Source: Malacoraja senta
Taxonomy: Eukaryota
Direction of reading: 5' to 3'
Length of the DNA: 60,000 nucleotides
Assembly: GCA_038087875.1 (NCBI GenBank)
Contig: CM075989.1
Location: 23,934,001-23,994,000, forward strand
The notes under the pieces were generated by a model. The model ran no database searches. It was given only the letters and a program-made list of their open reading frames with translations, and was not told the DNA's origin. Positions 48,872-60,000 of this stretch are shown here, in pieces. The position numbers and the translations under genes are program-made. Every line of letters begins with the position of its first letter. Within the stretch, counting starts at the first letter, position 1.

Positions 48872-49379
48872 CTGCAGATGCTGGTTTAGACGGAAGAGAG
48901 ACACAAAATGCTGGAGTAACTCAGCGGGGCAGGCAGCATCTCTGGAGAGAAGGAATGGCTGATGTTTCCACGGAACCTGAAACGTCACCCTTTCCATCTA
49001 TCCAGAGATGCTGCCTGCCCGCTGAGTTACTCCAGCATTTTGTGTTAAACTACACATATTGGTGGTTAATCATAAATGCCAAACGAACATTTAAATCATT
49101 TGCTTCTTAAAGTGAGATAAAGTGATGGGGTTAACAGCCCTTCTTTTAACGTACCCCTTTACAACGGATCACGGATGTAGTGGACGGAGATGCCGCTGCC
49201 ATTGCCAGCTTGTGCCCTGTCGGTGGCGGTGAAGGAAGCGCTGTCCCCAGGAGCTACAACGTGAGCCGTGTCACCAGACCGTGCGGTGGTGAAGGAGCGC
49301 TCGCTGTGCAGACCAACGTGTTTGGAGTGTGGGATGAAGCCGGAGCGCCCGGAGAATACCCACGCAGTCACAGGTTCCG

Positions 49380-50338
49380 GGGGCGCTGTTCAGGCAGCAG
49401 CCATGTCAGCAGTGCGTCAGTTTTTTCAACTTTTTTTAATTTTTTAGTATGTTTTAAAGTGTGTGTTTAATGTTTCTTTGGGTGTCTTGTGTGGGGGGTG
49501 CTGTGGGGGGGTAAGGGGGAAACCGCTTCGGTCGCCTCCTCCATGGAGAGGCGACTTTTTCCAGGTCGCCTCCCCCGTGGCCTAACATCAAGGATTGGCG
49601 CGGCCTTTCCCGGAGACGTGCCTGGCGCGGGCTTTCCCGGAGACGTGCCCGGGGCGTGGAGCAGGTGAACCCTCGCTGGGGCTCGCTGGAGGGGAGACGG
49701 GCGGCATGGTGGCGCAGTGGCAGAGTTGCTGCCTGAAGTCGCAGCCTGAAGCCGCGGTCTGCAGAGCTCCAGCTGGTGCGGCGTCTACAGCCCGGGATCC
49801 CTCGTGGGGGACCCGGGGGAAGAAGAAGCCATCATTGCCGGCGCGAGGCCAACTTCTACCGCGGGGCCGGCATGGACTTACCATCACCCCTGGAGGGGAG
49901 CTTCGACCGCCGACCCTGCAGTCTACGGTGCTTCTGGCTGCGGCGGGGACTTTAAATCTTGACCGCCGGCCTGAGGCCTACAACAATCTAAAGCCGCGGT
50001 CTCCGGTGAGGAAGAGCCGATCCTGGACTGACTTGGACTCTGGTCCTGTCCACGGGGGGTAATGGAGGAGGACTGGCCAAATTTTTGTGCCTTCCACCAC
50101 AGTGATGAATGCTGTGGTGGATGTTTGTGTTACATTTTGTGTGTTCTTTATTATTGTATCGCTGCTGACAACCCAATCCTTGCTGGGTCACTGCTCGTGC
50201 GGTCGACCGGTTGGTGCAGAGAGTAGCTTTGAATGTTTGTCTTTCGTTACATTGTTAGTGTCCCTTCTTCTTTCTCTTTTAAAAAAAAGCTACTGTAATG
50301 CGCCCTTTTAAATTGCCCCTTGGGGATGAATAAAGTGC

Positions 50339-50370
<32 letters not shown>
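49380..50370 (+). mobile_element. GC/CpG-rich retroelement-like insertion ending in AATAAA(gatt)n
   Basis: Contains the tgccttccaccacagtg..gaatgctgtggtggatgttt block shared with 7870, 40560, 48030 and 59570. Confidence 0.55.
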
Positions 50371-50371
<1 letters not shown>

Positions 50372-51337
50372 CGCACAAACTCCGTCTAGACAGCGCCCGC
50401 AGTCAGGATTGAACCCGTGTCTCTGGCACTGTGAGGCCGCAACTCTACCGCTGCGCCACCGTGCCGACTGGACACCGCGCTTTAAAGTTGGGGAATACAA
50501 TGTTTCATATCTCCTTCGGCCAAGATTAGATTGTTCAGTGAGTTGAAAGTTGCAAGATGGCACCAGACTGTGGCGACTCTTTGAGTGAGCCTAGTGCATT
50601 TAATTGTCATACAGTATGCCTTGAAACGGAACAATAAAATTTGTTCTTGCAGCAGAAGCACAACAGACTTGTGAACACGCTACTCAAAAGATAATATAAT
50701 AAACAAACTAGAAAACAGAACTTCAATATATATTTCTTAAACGTTGCATCCCGTGGCGAGGTTTTTTCAGCAGCACAGTGCGAAAGGATCAAACACAACA
50801 GCTCTGAACTTATTTGGATCAAAGAAACAGCATAAGTCAGTGATGCCACTGCAAGCTGCCCTGTAAAGGATCTATTACAATCACGCCATTCGTTTAGTTA
50901 TAGGATTGTTATAATGGAAAGTGTCACTTGACTGGATAGCATACAAAACAAGCTTTTCACCTTGTCTGTTCAAAGGCCTGGATAGAGTGGATGTGGAGAC
51001 GATGTGTCCACTAGTGGGAGAGTCTAGGACCAGCAGGCACGGCCTCAGAATAAATGGATATGCCTTTAGAAAGAAGATGAGGAGGAATTTCTTTAGCCAG
51101 AGGGTGGTGAATCTGTGGAATTCTTTGCATTAGAAGGCTGTGGAGGCCAAGTCAGTGGGTATTTTTAAGGCGGAGATTGATAGATTCTTGACGGTGGTGA
51201 ATCTTTGGGATTCATTGCCTCAGAAATGTGGACATGTACGTGGATAAGAAAGGTGTAGAGAGATATGGACCAATGCTGGCAGGTGGGACTAGTGCAGTTG
51301 GGGCATCTTGGTAGGCAAGTATTCAATTTAATTTGGG

Positions 51338-51636
51338 TTGTGGCGCAGCGGTAGAGTTGCTGCCTTACAGCGCCAGAGACCCGGGTTCAATCCTGACTAT
51401 GGGTGCTGGCTGTACGGAGTTTGCACGTTTTCTCCATGACCGCGTGGGTTTTCTCCGGGTGCTCCGGTTCTCCCCCACATTCTGAAGACTTTTTCAGGTT
51501 TGTGGGTTCATTGCCTTCTGTAAATTGTCCCTAGTGTGTAGGATAGAACTGGTGCACGGGGTGATCGCTGGTCGGCACGGACTCGGTGGGCCGAAGGGCC
51601 TGTTTCCGGGCCGAATCTCTAAAGGAAACTAAACTA
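51338..51636 (+). mobile_element. tRNA-derived SINE
   Basis: A/B boxes, core and tail. Confidence 0.8.
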
Positions 51637-52242
51637 ATTTATAGAACATTCACATTTTTTTTCGAATATCTGTCATGAATGTTTAAAAATCACTCAAGCA
51701 CTTTGCCTATTTCCTTCGCTCCATAGATGCTGCTGCACCCGCTGAGTTTCTCCAGCATTTTCGTGTACCTTCGATTTTCCAGCATCTGCAGTTCCTTCTT
51801 TAACACTTTGTGACCGTGATGCTGTGGCTCAGGCTGAACAAGGCAAGGATTGGGGAGAGAATACTGACACGGAACTCAGATGTGTCTGACATAATGTGAC
51901 CTGGTGCCATGGCAACAGAGGCCTGTGGGTGATGCTGAGAGACGCACATCGAGGCACCCCTCACCCCCCGGGATCACAGCAGCAGCACAGAGGTCTACTA
52001 TTCATATCTCAACTCATGATTATCAGGTTGAAATATTCGTGACTACTCGCTTTTATTTTGGGCACTGTGATATTTAAAGGCAAGGTTTAACGCACTAATC
52101 CATGGTAACACACCGACTCCCAGAGTCAGGCAGTTTTGGCTTAAAATTAGCCCCAAGTCTCTGCAGACACTTTAGTGGAAGAAGTTAGTTTAGTTTAGTT
52201 TAATTTAGTTTAGTTTAGAGATACAGCATTGAAACAGTTCAG

Positions 52243-52782
52243 ATTAGTTTATTGTCACATGTACTGAGGTACAGTCATAAGCGTGCTAACCAGTCAGCGG
52301 AAATACTATACATTATTACAACCGAGCCATCCACAGTGTACAGATACAGGATAAAGGGAATGACGTTTAGTGCAAGGTAAAGTCTGATTAAAGATAGTCC
52401 AAGTGTCTCCAATGAGGTAGATTGGAGCTCAGGACTGCTCTCTAGTTGTTAATAGGATGGTTCAGTTGCCTGATAACAACATTTTCACACTTCTGTACCT
52501 CTTGCCTGATGGGAGAGGGGAGGAGAGGGAGTGGCCGGGGTGCGACTGGTCCTTGATTATGCTGCCGGCCTTGCCGAGGCAGCGTGAGGTGTAGATGGAA
52601 TCAATGGAAGGGAGGTTGGTTTGTGTGATGGTGTGGGCTGCGTCCACAATTCGCTGCGATTTCTTGCGGTCTTGGATGGAGCTGTTCCCAAACCAGGCTG
52701 TGACGCATCCTGATAAAATGCTTTCTCCGGCGCATCTGTAGAAGTTGGTGAGAGTTGTTGGGGACATGCCGAACTTCCTCCT
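52243..52782 (-). mobile_element. Rex1/Babar-clade LINE 3' end
   Basis: RKFGMSPTTLTNFYRCAGESILSGCVTAWFGN...IIKDQSHPGHSLSSPLPSGKRYRS plus a ...gtgacaataaact tail. Confidence 0.85.
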
Positions 52783-53554
52783 CTGTATAACTTGACTGAT
52801 GCAAGTGTTTATGTAAGAGCACCAGAGACCCGGGTTCCATCCTGACCTCGGGTGCTGTCTGTGCGGAGTTTGCACGTTCTCCCTGTGATTTCACAAGTTT
52901 CCTCCCGGTGCTCCGTCCGGTTCCCTCCCACATCCCAAAGACGTGCGGGTTTGTAGGTTAATTGGCTTCTGTAAATTGCCCCCTAGTATGTAGAGAGTGT
53001 ATGGGAAAGTGGGATGACATAGTTTGAGCAGGTGATTGCTGGTCAGCGTGGACTCAATGGGCCAAGGGGCCTGTTTCCACGCTGTCTCTCTAAAGAAAAC
53101 TGAGAACCATAAGCGATTTATTGGCTGTGAAGTACTCTAGTTTATTTCTGGAGTGTGAACGGTGATATATATATATATACACATGATTAATTTAGTAGTG
53201 TGTGGTGTTGTGTAACCTTCCCATTCTGCTGTCACCCATCAGATAAAGGGATCTCAGGCATCCAGTGTCTATGATGTAATGAGGCAGGCTGCACATCATC
53301 ACAATGGAAGTGGGGGAATCGGATGGAGTTACAGATCCACCACTGGAGTTTAATAGGATGAGAGGGGATCTTATTGAAACATATAAGATTATTAAGGGTT
53401 TGGACACGCTCGAGGCAGGAAACATGTTCCCGATGGCTAAAGAATTTCCTCCTCATCTCCTTTCTAAAGGTACATCCTTTAATTCTGAGGCTGTTCTCTC
53501 TGGTCCTGGACTCTCCCACTAGTGGAAACATCCTCTCCACATCCAGGCCTTACA

Positions 53555-53900
53555 TTGTTCAAGGACCCACACCATCCTGGCCACACACTCATCTCCCCGC
53601 TACCTTCAGGTAGAAGGTACAGGAGCCTGAAGGCTGCAACAGCCAGGTTCAGGAATAGCTACTTCCCCACAGCCATCAGGCTATTAAACCTGGCTCGGAC
53701 AAAACTCTGAATATTAATAACCCATTATCTGTTATTTGCACTTTATCAGTTTATTTATTCATGTGTGTATATATTTATATTATGGTATATGGACACTGAT
53801 CTGTTTTGTAATAAATGCCTACTATGTTCTGTTGTGCTGAAGCAAAGCAAGAATTTCATTGTCCTATCAGGGACACATGACAATAAACTCACTTGACTTG
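53555..53900 (+). mobile_element. Rex1/Babar-clade LINE 3' end
   Basis: KDPHHPGHTLISPLPSGRRYRSLKAATARFRNSYFPTAIRLLN plus a tail with AATAAA. Confidence 0.8.
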
Positions 53901-54660
53901 AGGTTCAATGATTGGGGATGAATCACTGGCAGCAGCTTTGAACATAGGACAATACAGCACAGGAACAGGCCCTTCAGCCCACAATGTTTGTGCCCAACAT
54001 GATGCCTAATTGAACTGATCTCATCTGCCTGCACATGATCCATATCCCTCTACCCCTACCCTTCCACGTGCCTATCTACAAGCCTCTTAAACGCCACTAT
54101 CGTCTCTGCCTCCACCACCACCCCCGGCAGTGCGTTCCCGACCCTTGCTACATTAGTTTTAGTTTTAGAGATACAGGGCGGAAACAGGCCCTCCTGTCCA
54201 CGAGTCGGCGCCACCCAGCGATCACCTGTATCTCCCCTACTCTCAGTCTGAAGAAGGGTCTCAACCCAGCGATCACCCGTACACTAGTTCTATCGCACAC
54301 ACTAGGGACAATTTACAGGAGCTAATTAACCTACATACTTATACTCTTCTATCTTCTATGTCTAGTCAGCACAGTGGTGCTGTTACTGGTAACTGAACCA
54401 TTCTATCACCAACTAGAGAGCGGTCCTCACCTCCTCTCTACCTTATTGGAGATCCTCGGACTATCTTTAATCGGACTTCACGGTACTTTACTGAACGTTA
54501 TTCCCTTTATCCTGTATCTGTCCACTGTGGACGGGTTGATTGTAACTTGTATAGTCTTCCAGTTGACTGGATAGCACAGCACGCCACCTCTGTACTCGTG
54601 ACAATAAACTAAACATACACGATAAAAAAACTAACAAAAATGAAAACACTGAATGTTAAA

Positions 54661-55473
54661 GACACAGAGTGCTGGAGTAACTCAGCGGGTCAGGCAGCAT
54701 CTGTGGAGAACATGGATAGGTGACGTTTCACAGAGTGCTGGAGTAACTCAGCGGGTCAGGCAGCATCTGTGGAGAACATGGATAGGTGACGTTTCACAGA
54801 GTGCTGGAGTAACTCAGCGGGTCAGGCAGCATCTGTGGAGCGAAGGAAATGGGCAACCTTTCGGGCCGAAACCTCGAAAGGGTTTCGGGCCGAAACGTTG
54901 CCTATTTCCTTCGCTCCATAGATGCTGCCGGAACATGGATAGGTGACGTTTTACAGAGTGCTGGAGTAACTCAGCTGGTCAGGCAGCATCTGTGGAGAAC
55001 ATGGATAGGTGACGTTTCACAGAGTGCTGGAGTAACTCAGCGGGTCAGGCAGCATCTGTGGAGAACATGGATAGGTGACGTTTCACAGAGTGCTGGGGTA
55101 ACTCAGCGGGTCAGGCAGCATCTGTGGAGAACATGGATAGGTGACGTTTCACAGAGTGCTGGGGTAACTCAGCGGGTCAGGCAGCATCTGTGGAGAGAAG
55201 GGATGGGTGACCTTTTGGGTTGAGACCCTTCTTCAGACTGAGAGTAGGGGAGATACAGAGATAAGGAAGTGTAAGGTGTGAGAACGAAACATCAAAGTGG
55301 GTTGAAGATTCCAGGAATAGGAGAAGGTAACAACAAAGCAGAGATAAAATGTAATCTGGGACAGTCAGACTGGTCAGAGAACTGGGAAGGGGGAGGGATG
55401 GTGAGAGAGGGAAAACAAGGTGTTACTTGAAGTTAGAGAAGTCAATATTCATATGGCTGAGGTGTAAGCTGGA
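54661..55473 (-). repeat. Penelope 3' fragment extended by a composite 66-bp array with an internal palindromic insert
   Basis: On the minus strand: ORF end, 3' UTR, degenerate hammerhead (55205-55239), then ~7 units. The insert at ~54830-54930 matches 26368-26500. Confidence 0.88.
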
Positions 55474-55636
55474 CAAAGGTCTCAGTTCAGTTTAGTTTAT
55501 TGTCACGTGTCCTGAGGTACAGTGAAAAGTTTTGTTGTGTTATCCAATCAAATGTTTGCACATCTTTCATTCATTTGTTCTACATCTCTATACATTCATC
55601 GTCTATATCTCTGTTTCCCTTTCCCCTGACTCTTGT

Positions 55637-55664
55637 CTGAAGAAGGGTCTCGACCCGAAACGTC
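55637..55664 (+). ncRNA. Minimal hammerhead ribozyme motif in a Penelope tail
   Basis: CUGAAGA-A-GGGU-CUCG-ACCC-GAA-ACGU-C. Confidence 0.65.
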
Positions 55665-55913
55665 ACCCATCCCTTCTCTCCAGAGATGCTGCCTGTCCCG
55701 CTGAGTTACTCCAGCTTTTTGTGTCTATCTACAAATGAAAGACTACATGTGATTATAATCGAGCCATCTACAGTGTACTTCCATGGGTCTCCACCCGAAA
55801 CGTCACCTATCCATGTTCTCCACAGATGCTGCCTGACCCACTGAGTTACTCCAGCACTCTGTGAAACGTCACCTATCCATGTTCTCCACAGATGCTGCCT
55901 GACCCGCTGAGTT

Positions 55914-56690
55914 AGAGGGGCAGGTGGTCCGGGTGTGGGTGCGGCAGCGTCCTGTGAAACGTTGTAAGTGTGAGGTTTGTGGTTGTGGGAGACCTGGGGC
56001 TTTGCAATGGGAAGGCAGCGACACAAAGGGCCGCACTGCTCTCAGCCCAATGCTCATGCTGCAAGCAACGCCAGCCAGCACTGAGCCAGGCGAGTGGACT
56101 GACTGAGTGTGAGCATCAGACGTCAGGACAGAGGGGAGGGTTGTACCAGTGACACTTGTCCTGACCCAGTTTCTATCTTCCCCGGGCCTTTGTCTCGGCG
56201 TGGACTGGAGAACATTGGCAGCAGGTACATGACAATCAGCGCGCAGTCAGTGTTTACCTCTCTCTGGTGTTTACAGCCTGCTGTGGCAGACATTGATTTG
56301 TTGTGTTGCTGTTCTGTACATCATTGGATTATTCCCGCAGCTGGTCTGGTGGGGGCTGGCTGGCAGACAGACAGACAGACAGACAGACGGACAGACAGAC
56401 GGTAGCCCGTGGAAGGCAGACATTGTCAGCAAAGTTGCAGCGAACCAGAGCGACCGCGGGGCCCCGGGACCAACGTGAAAGGCGAGATTTAACTCATCAT
56501 CAAGGTACGGACATTGGACCTGGGGACCTGGGCTCACCTGGACCGATGCTGATTGGAGCCGGTTACTGAAGAAACACCGTCCACGCGGGGTAACTAACTA
56601 ACTATCTGTCCTGTTGCAACAGGTAAGGTTCAAGATCAAAGCCTTCATTTGTAAATGCGGCCATCACAACCGGCGCAGATTCACACAAGC
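55914..56690 (+). promoter_or_regulatory. Candidate promoter / non-coding first exon of the next gene
   Basis: Repeat-poor, GC/CpG-enriched stretch with CCAAT (~56047), CRE-like agacgtca (~56118) and a strong donor cag|gtaagg at 56622/56623. No coding evidence. Confidence 0.4.
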
Positions 56691-56706
56691 TCGCCAGACA
56701 CTGGAC

Positions 56707-56827
56707 CTGTCTGTCAGCCTGTCTGTCTGTCAGCCTGTCTCTCTGTCTGTCTCTGTCTGTCTCTGTCTGTCTGTCTGTCTGTCAGCCTGTCTGTCTGTCA
56801 GCCTGTCTCTGTCTGTCTCTGTCTGTC

Positions 56828-56906
<79 letters not shown>

Positions 56907-56943
56907 GTCTGTCAGCCTGTCTCTCTGTCTGTCTCTGTCTGTC

Positions 56944-56982
<39 letters not shown>

Positions 56983-57215
56983 GTCTGTCTCTCTGTCTGT
57001 CTCTCTGTCTGTCTCTCTGTCTGTCTCTCTGTCTGTCTCTGTCTGCCTTTGTCTGTCCCTGTCTGTCTGTCTCTCTGTCTGTCTTTGTCTGTCTCTGTCC
57101 GTCTGTCTGTCTGTCTCTCTGTCTGTCTGTCCATCTGTCTGTCTGCCTCTGTCTCTCTCTCTGTCTGTCGGCCTGTCTGTCTCTCAGTCTGTCTCTCTGT
57201 ATCTCTCTCTGTCTC

Positions 57216-57257
<42 letters not shown>

Positions 57258-57315
57258 AGTCTGTCTCTGTCTGCCTTTGTCTGTCTCTATCTGTCTATCT
57301 GTCTGTCTGTCTGCC

Positions 57316-57359
<44 letters not shown>

Positions 57360-57391
57360 GGCCTGTCTGTCTCTCAGTCTGTCTATCTGTA

Positions 57392-57424
<33 letters not shown>

Positions 57425-57607
57425 GTCTGTCTCTGTCTGTTTCTGTCTGTCTCTTTGTCTGTCTGTTTGTCTCTCTCTCTCTCTTTGTGTCCGTCTCTCT
57501 GTCCACCTCTCTGTCTCTCTCTGACTGCCTCTCTCTCTCTCTCTGTCTCTCTCTCTCTGACTCTCTCTGTCTCTCTCTCTCTGTCTCTCTCTCTCTCTCT
57601 CTGTCCC

Positions 57608-57672
<65 letters not shown>
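56707..57672. repeat. ~1-kb (TCTG)n/(TC)n simple repeat
   Basis: Directly visible. Source of the SVCL/RQTD pseudo-ORFs. Confidence 0.97.
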
Positions 57673-58537
57673 GGTGCATTGACCAGTTGATGATCTAACC
57701 CCCAGACAAAGTTCATTTCCAGCTCATTTAGATTTAGAAATGACAGTACCTCCGTCGCTAAAGTGCCTCGGATTATTAAGTTGGGTTGTGTGTGGAGAAA
57801 CAGAGTTTAGGATTATTTTATAAGGTGCTTTAGAAGTTTGTGTATTTTCTATTACATTTGATGATTGTTGCACCGACTTGTGTTTGAACCATTTGTCATG
57901 AGGATGTTTATCCTTTCTGAAGATAGACACAAGAAGCTGGAGTAACTCAGCGGGACAGGCAGCATCTCTGGAGAGAACGTTTCGGGTCGAGACCCTTCTT
58001 CGGACTTGTTCAAAACTCCCTCTCCAGTGCTTTCAAAATCATGTCTCCAGGGTCTACAAATGTCACAAGGGTTTCACTTTAATATTAATCAATCCATTTA
58101 CAAATGCAACTGTACTTTTCAGACTGAATCTTCAAAGATAAATATCAACCATTTGGTTGGCACTTTGACACCTACCCACAGCGGAGAACTGATTGGAACT
58201 CATTTGAGGAGAATTCAGTTCAGTTTAGTTTATTGTCACGTGTACCGAGGTACAGTGAAAAGCTTTTTGTTGCCGGCTAACCAGTCAGCAGAAAGACAAT
58301 ACATGATTACAATCGAGCCATTCAGTGTACAGATGATAGGGAAATAACGTTTAGTGCAAGGTAAAGCCATTACAGTCCGATCGAGCATAGTCCGAGGGTC
58401 ACCAATGAGGTAGATAGTTCAGCACTGCTCTCTGGCTGTGGTAGGATGCTTCAACTGGTCCTGAATTGAGGAGAATGAATCACATCTGCTCAGTCATGCT
58501 GCATCTACCCTTCAGGAACCAAGCACAAATATCAGCA

Positions 58538-59140
58538 ATATATATTGGCGAGACCGAGCGCAGGCTCGGTGATCGTTTCGCAGAACACCTCCGCTCAGTC
58601 CGCCTTAACCTACCTGAACTCCCAGTTGCTCAACACTTTAACTCCCCCTCCCATTCCCAATCTGACCTTTCTGTCCTGGGCCTCCTCCATTGTCAGAGTG
58701 AGGCCCAGCGCAAATTGGAGGAACAGCACCTCATATTTTGCTTGGGCAGCTTACACCCCAGTGGTATGAATATTGACTTCTCTAACTTCAAGTAACCCTT
58801 GCTTTCCTTCTCTCTCCATCCCTCCCCCTTCCCAGTTCTCCGACCAGTCTTACTGTCTCCAACTACATTTTAACTGTGTTTGCTTTGTTGATACATTCTC
58901 CCAACTAACAACGATCTATTCTACATCGTCCTGGATCTCCATTCCCTTTGCCCTGTTTTCACACCTTTATACTTGCTTATCTATGTATCTACCTCTCCCC
59001 TGATGTCAGACTGAAGAAGGGTCTCGACCCGAAACGTCACCCATTCCTTCTCTCCACAGATGCTGCCCGTCCCGCTGAGTTACTCCAGCATTTTGTGTCT
59101 AACTCTAATTCAAACCAGCATCTGCAGTTCCTTCCTACAA
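58538..59140 (+). mobile_element. Penelope-like element 3' fragment: GIY-YIG endonuclease C-terminal part, 3' UTR and hammerhead-bearing tail
   Basis: [85 protein letters not shown] has the YIG-ET-R..R..EH, E and GxN pattern of PLE GIY-YIG domains. Confidence 0.88.
59011..59038 (+). ncRNA. Minimal hammerhead ribozyme motif ~215 nt after the GIY-YIG stop
   Basis: CUGAAGA-A-GGGU-CUCG-ACCC-GAA-ACGU-C. Confidence 0.65.
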
Positions 59141-60000
59141 ATCTCGCAGCATGTTGATATTGTCAGTCACTAGGATCAGGGCATTACTATAAATAGGAGG
59201 CAGATTAGCTTCATAAATACATAGGAATTATGCAGCATGGAAACAGGCTCTTCAGACCAACACCGTTGATTAGTACAGGCGCCAGGGGTTCTGGGCCAAG
59301 GCAGGAGAATGGTGTTGAGGGGAAAGATAGATCAGGCACGATTTAATGGCGGAGTAGACTTGAAGGGCCGAATGGCCTAATTCAGCTCCTGTAATTTATG
59401 AACTTATGAACACAAGGACCAGTCTCGCCCCGGTCACTCCCTCTTCTCCCCTCTCATGTCAAAGTCAAAGTCAAAAGGTCAAAGTCAAATTTATTCATCA
59501 CATACACCAACGAAGGCACAGGGAAATGGATTTGCCAGCAGCGATACACTTTAAAAAATGAGGTCAACACAAACATCCACCACAGCGTTCCTCACTGTGG
59601 TGGAAGGCAACAAAGTTCAGCCAGTCCTCCTCGTTTGTTCACATCCGTGGTGGGGGCCATAAACCCTCCGTAGCCGCCGCTACGAACGGCCGGATGCACA
59701 GGCCCTCTTGTCGGGATGATCCAAACTCCGACGTCGGGACGGTCGAACACACTCGGAGCGGCCGATGTCCACAAGGTACAGAGGTTTGAAAGCACATACC
59801 TCCAGATTCAAGGACGGGCAACTGAACCGTCCACTCACCAGCTAGAGTGTGGTCCTGACCTCCCACCTACCTCGCTGGAGACCTTTGAATTATCTATAGT
59901 TGGACTTTACTAGACTTTATTCCTGCACTAAACATTATTCCCTTTATCCTGTATCTGTACACTGTGGACGGCTCGATTATAACTTGTATTGTCTTTCCGC

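Noticed and set aside
49588..50062. CpG island / gene promoter with 99-155 aa ORFs
   Set aside because: Lies within a GC-rich repeat family with relatives elsewhere in the window, and the ORFs have no recognisable homology.
54661..55200. CRISPR-like appearance of regularly spaced repeats (also 38717-39113)
   Set aside because: Units are contiguous with no unique spacers, there are no cas genes, and the DNA is eukaryotic.
56614..57716. ORFs of 289-358 aa
   Set aside because: Translations of (TCTG)n/(TC)n simple repeats.
58466..58795. Stand-alone GIY-YIG nuclease gene
   Set aside because: 5'-truncated Penelope fragment lacking the GIY motif and RT. The N-terminal part of the ORF is unrelated flank.

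Overview
Eukaryotic, repeat-saturated vertebrate DNA. The repeat inventory (HE1/V-SINE-type tRNA SINEs, CR1/HER1-type LINE 3' ends, Penelope-like tails) points to a cartilaginous fish, probably a skate or ray (inference). The only protein-coding gene I can support is endophilin-A3 (SH3GL3) on the + strand. Eight coding exons (2-9) at 32303-41857 splice in frame with GT-AG introns, give the BAR domain, linker and SH3 domain, and are followed by a 3' UTR with AATAAA at 42291. Exon 1 (the N-terminal ~15 codons) is not visible, so 1-32302 is probably intron 1. The remainder is mobile DNA and simple repeats. This includes Penelope-like (GIY-YIG) 3' fragments carrying minimal hammerhead-ribozyme motifs, fold-back insertions of those tails with 13-15 bp target-site duplications, and 66-bp tandem arrays derived from them. 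Also present are a Tc1 IR/DR end next to a 200-N gap, PIF/Harbinger-type MITEs, a non-autonomous Helitron, a likely solo LTR, and Rex1/Babar, L2 and CR1 LINE fragments. A CpG-richer unique segment at ~55.9-56.7 kb may be the 5' end of the next gene. The most interesting signal is the Penelope-tail/hammerhead/66-mer family, which seems to move as composite units. Nearly all ORFs in the supplied track are repeat or microsatellite artefacts. Family names and orthology come from recalled sequence knowledge, not from database searches.
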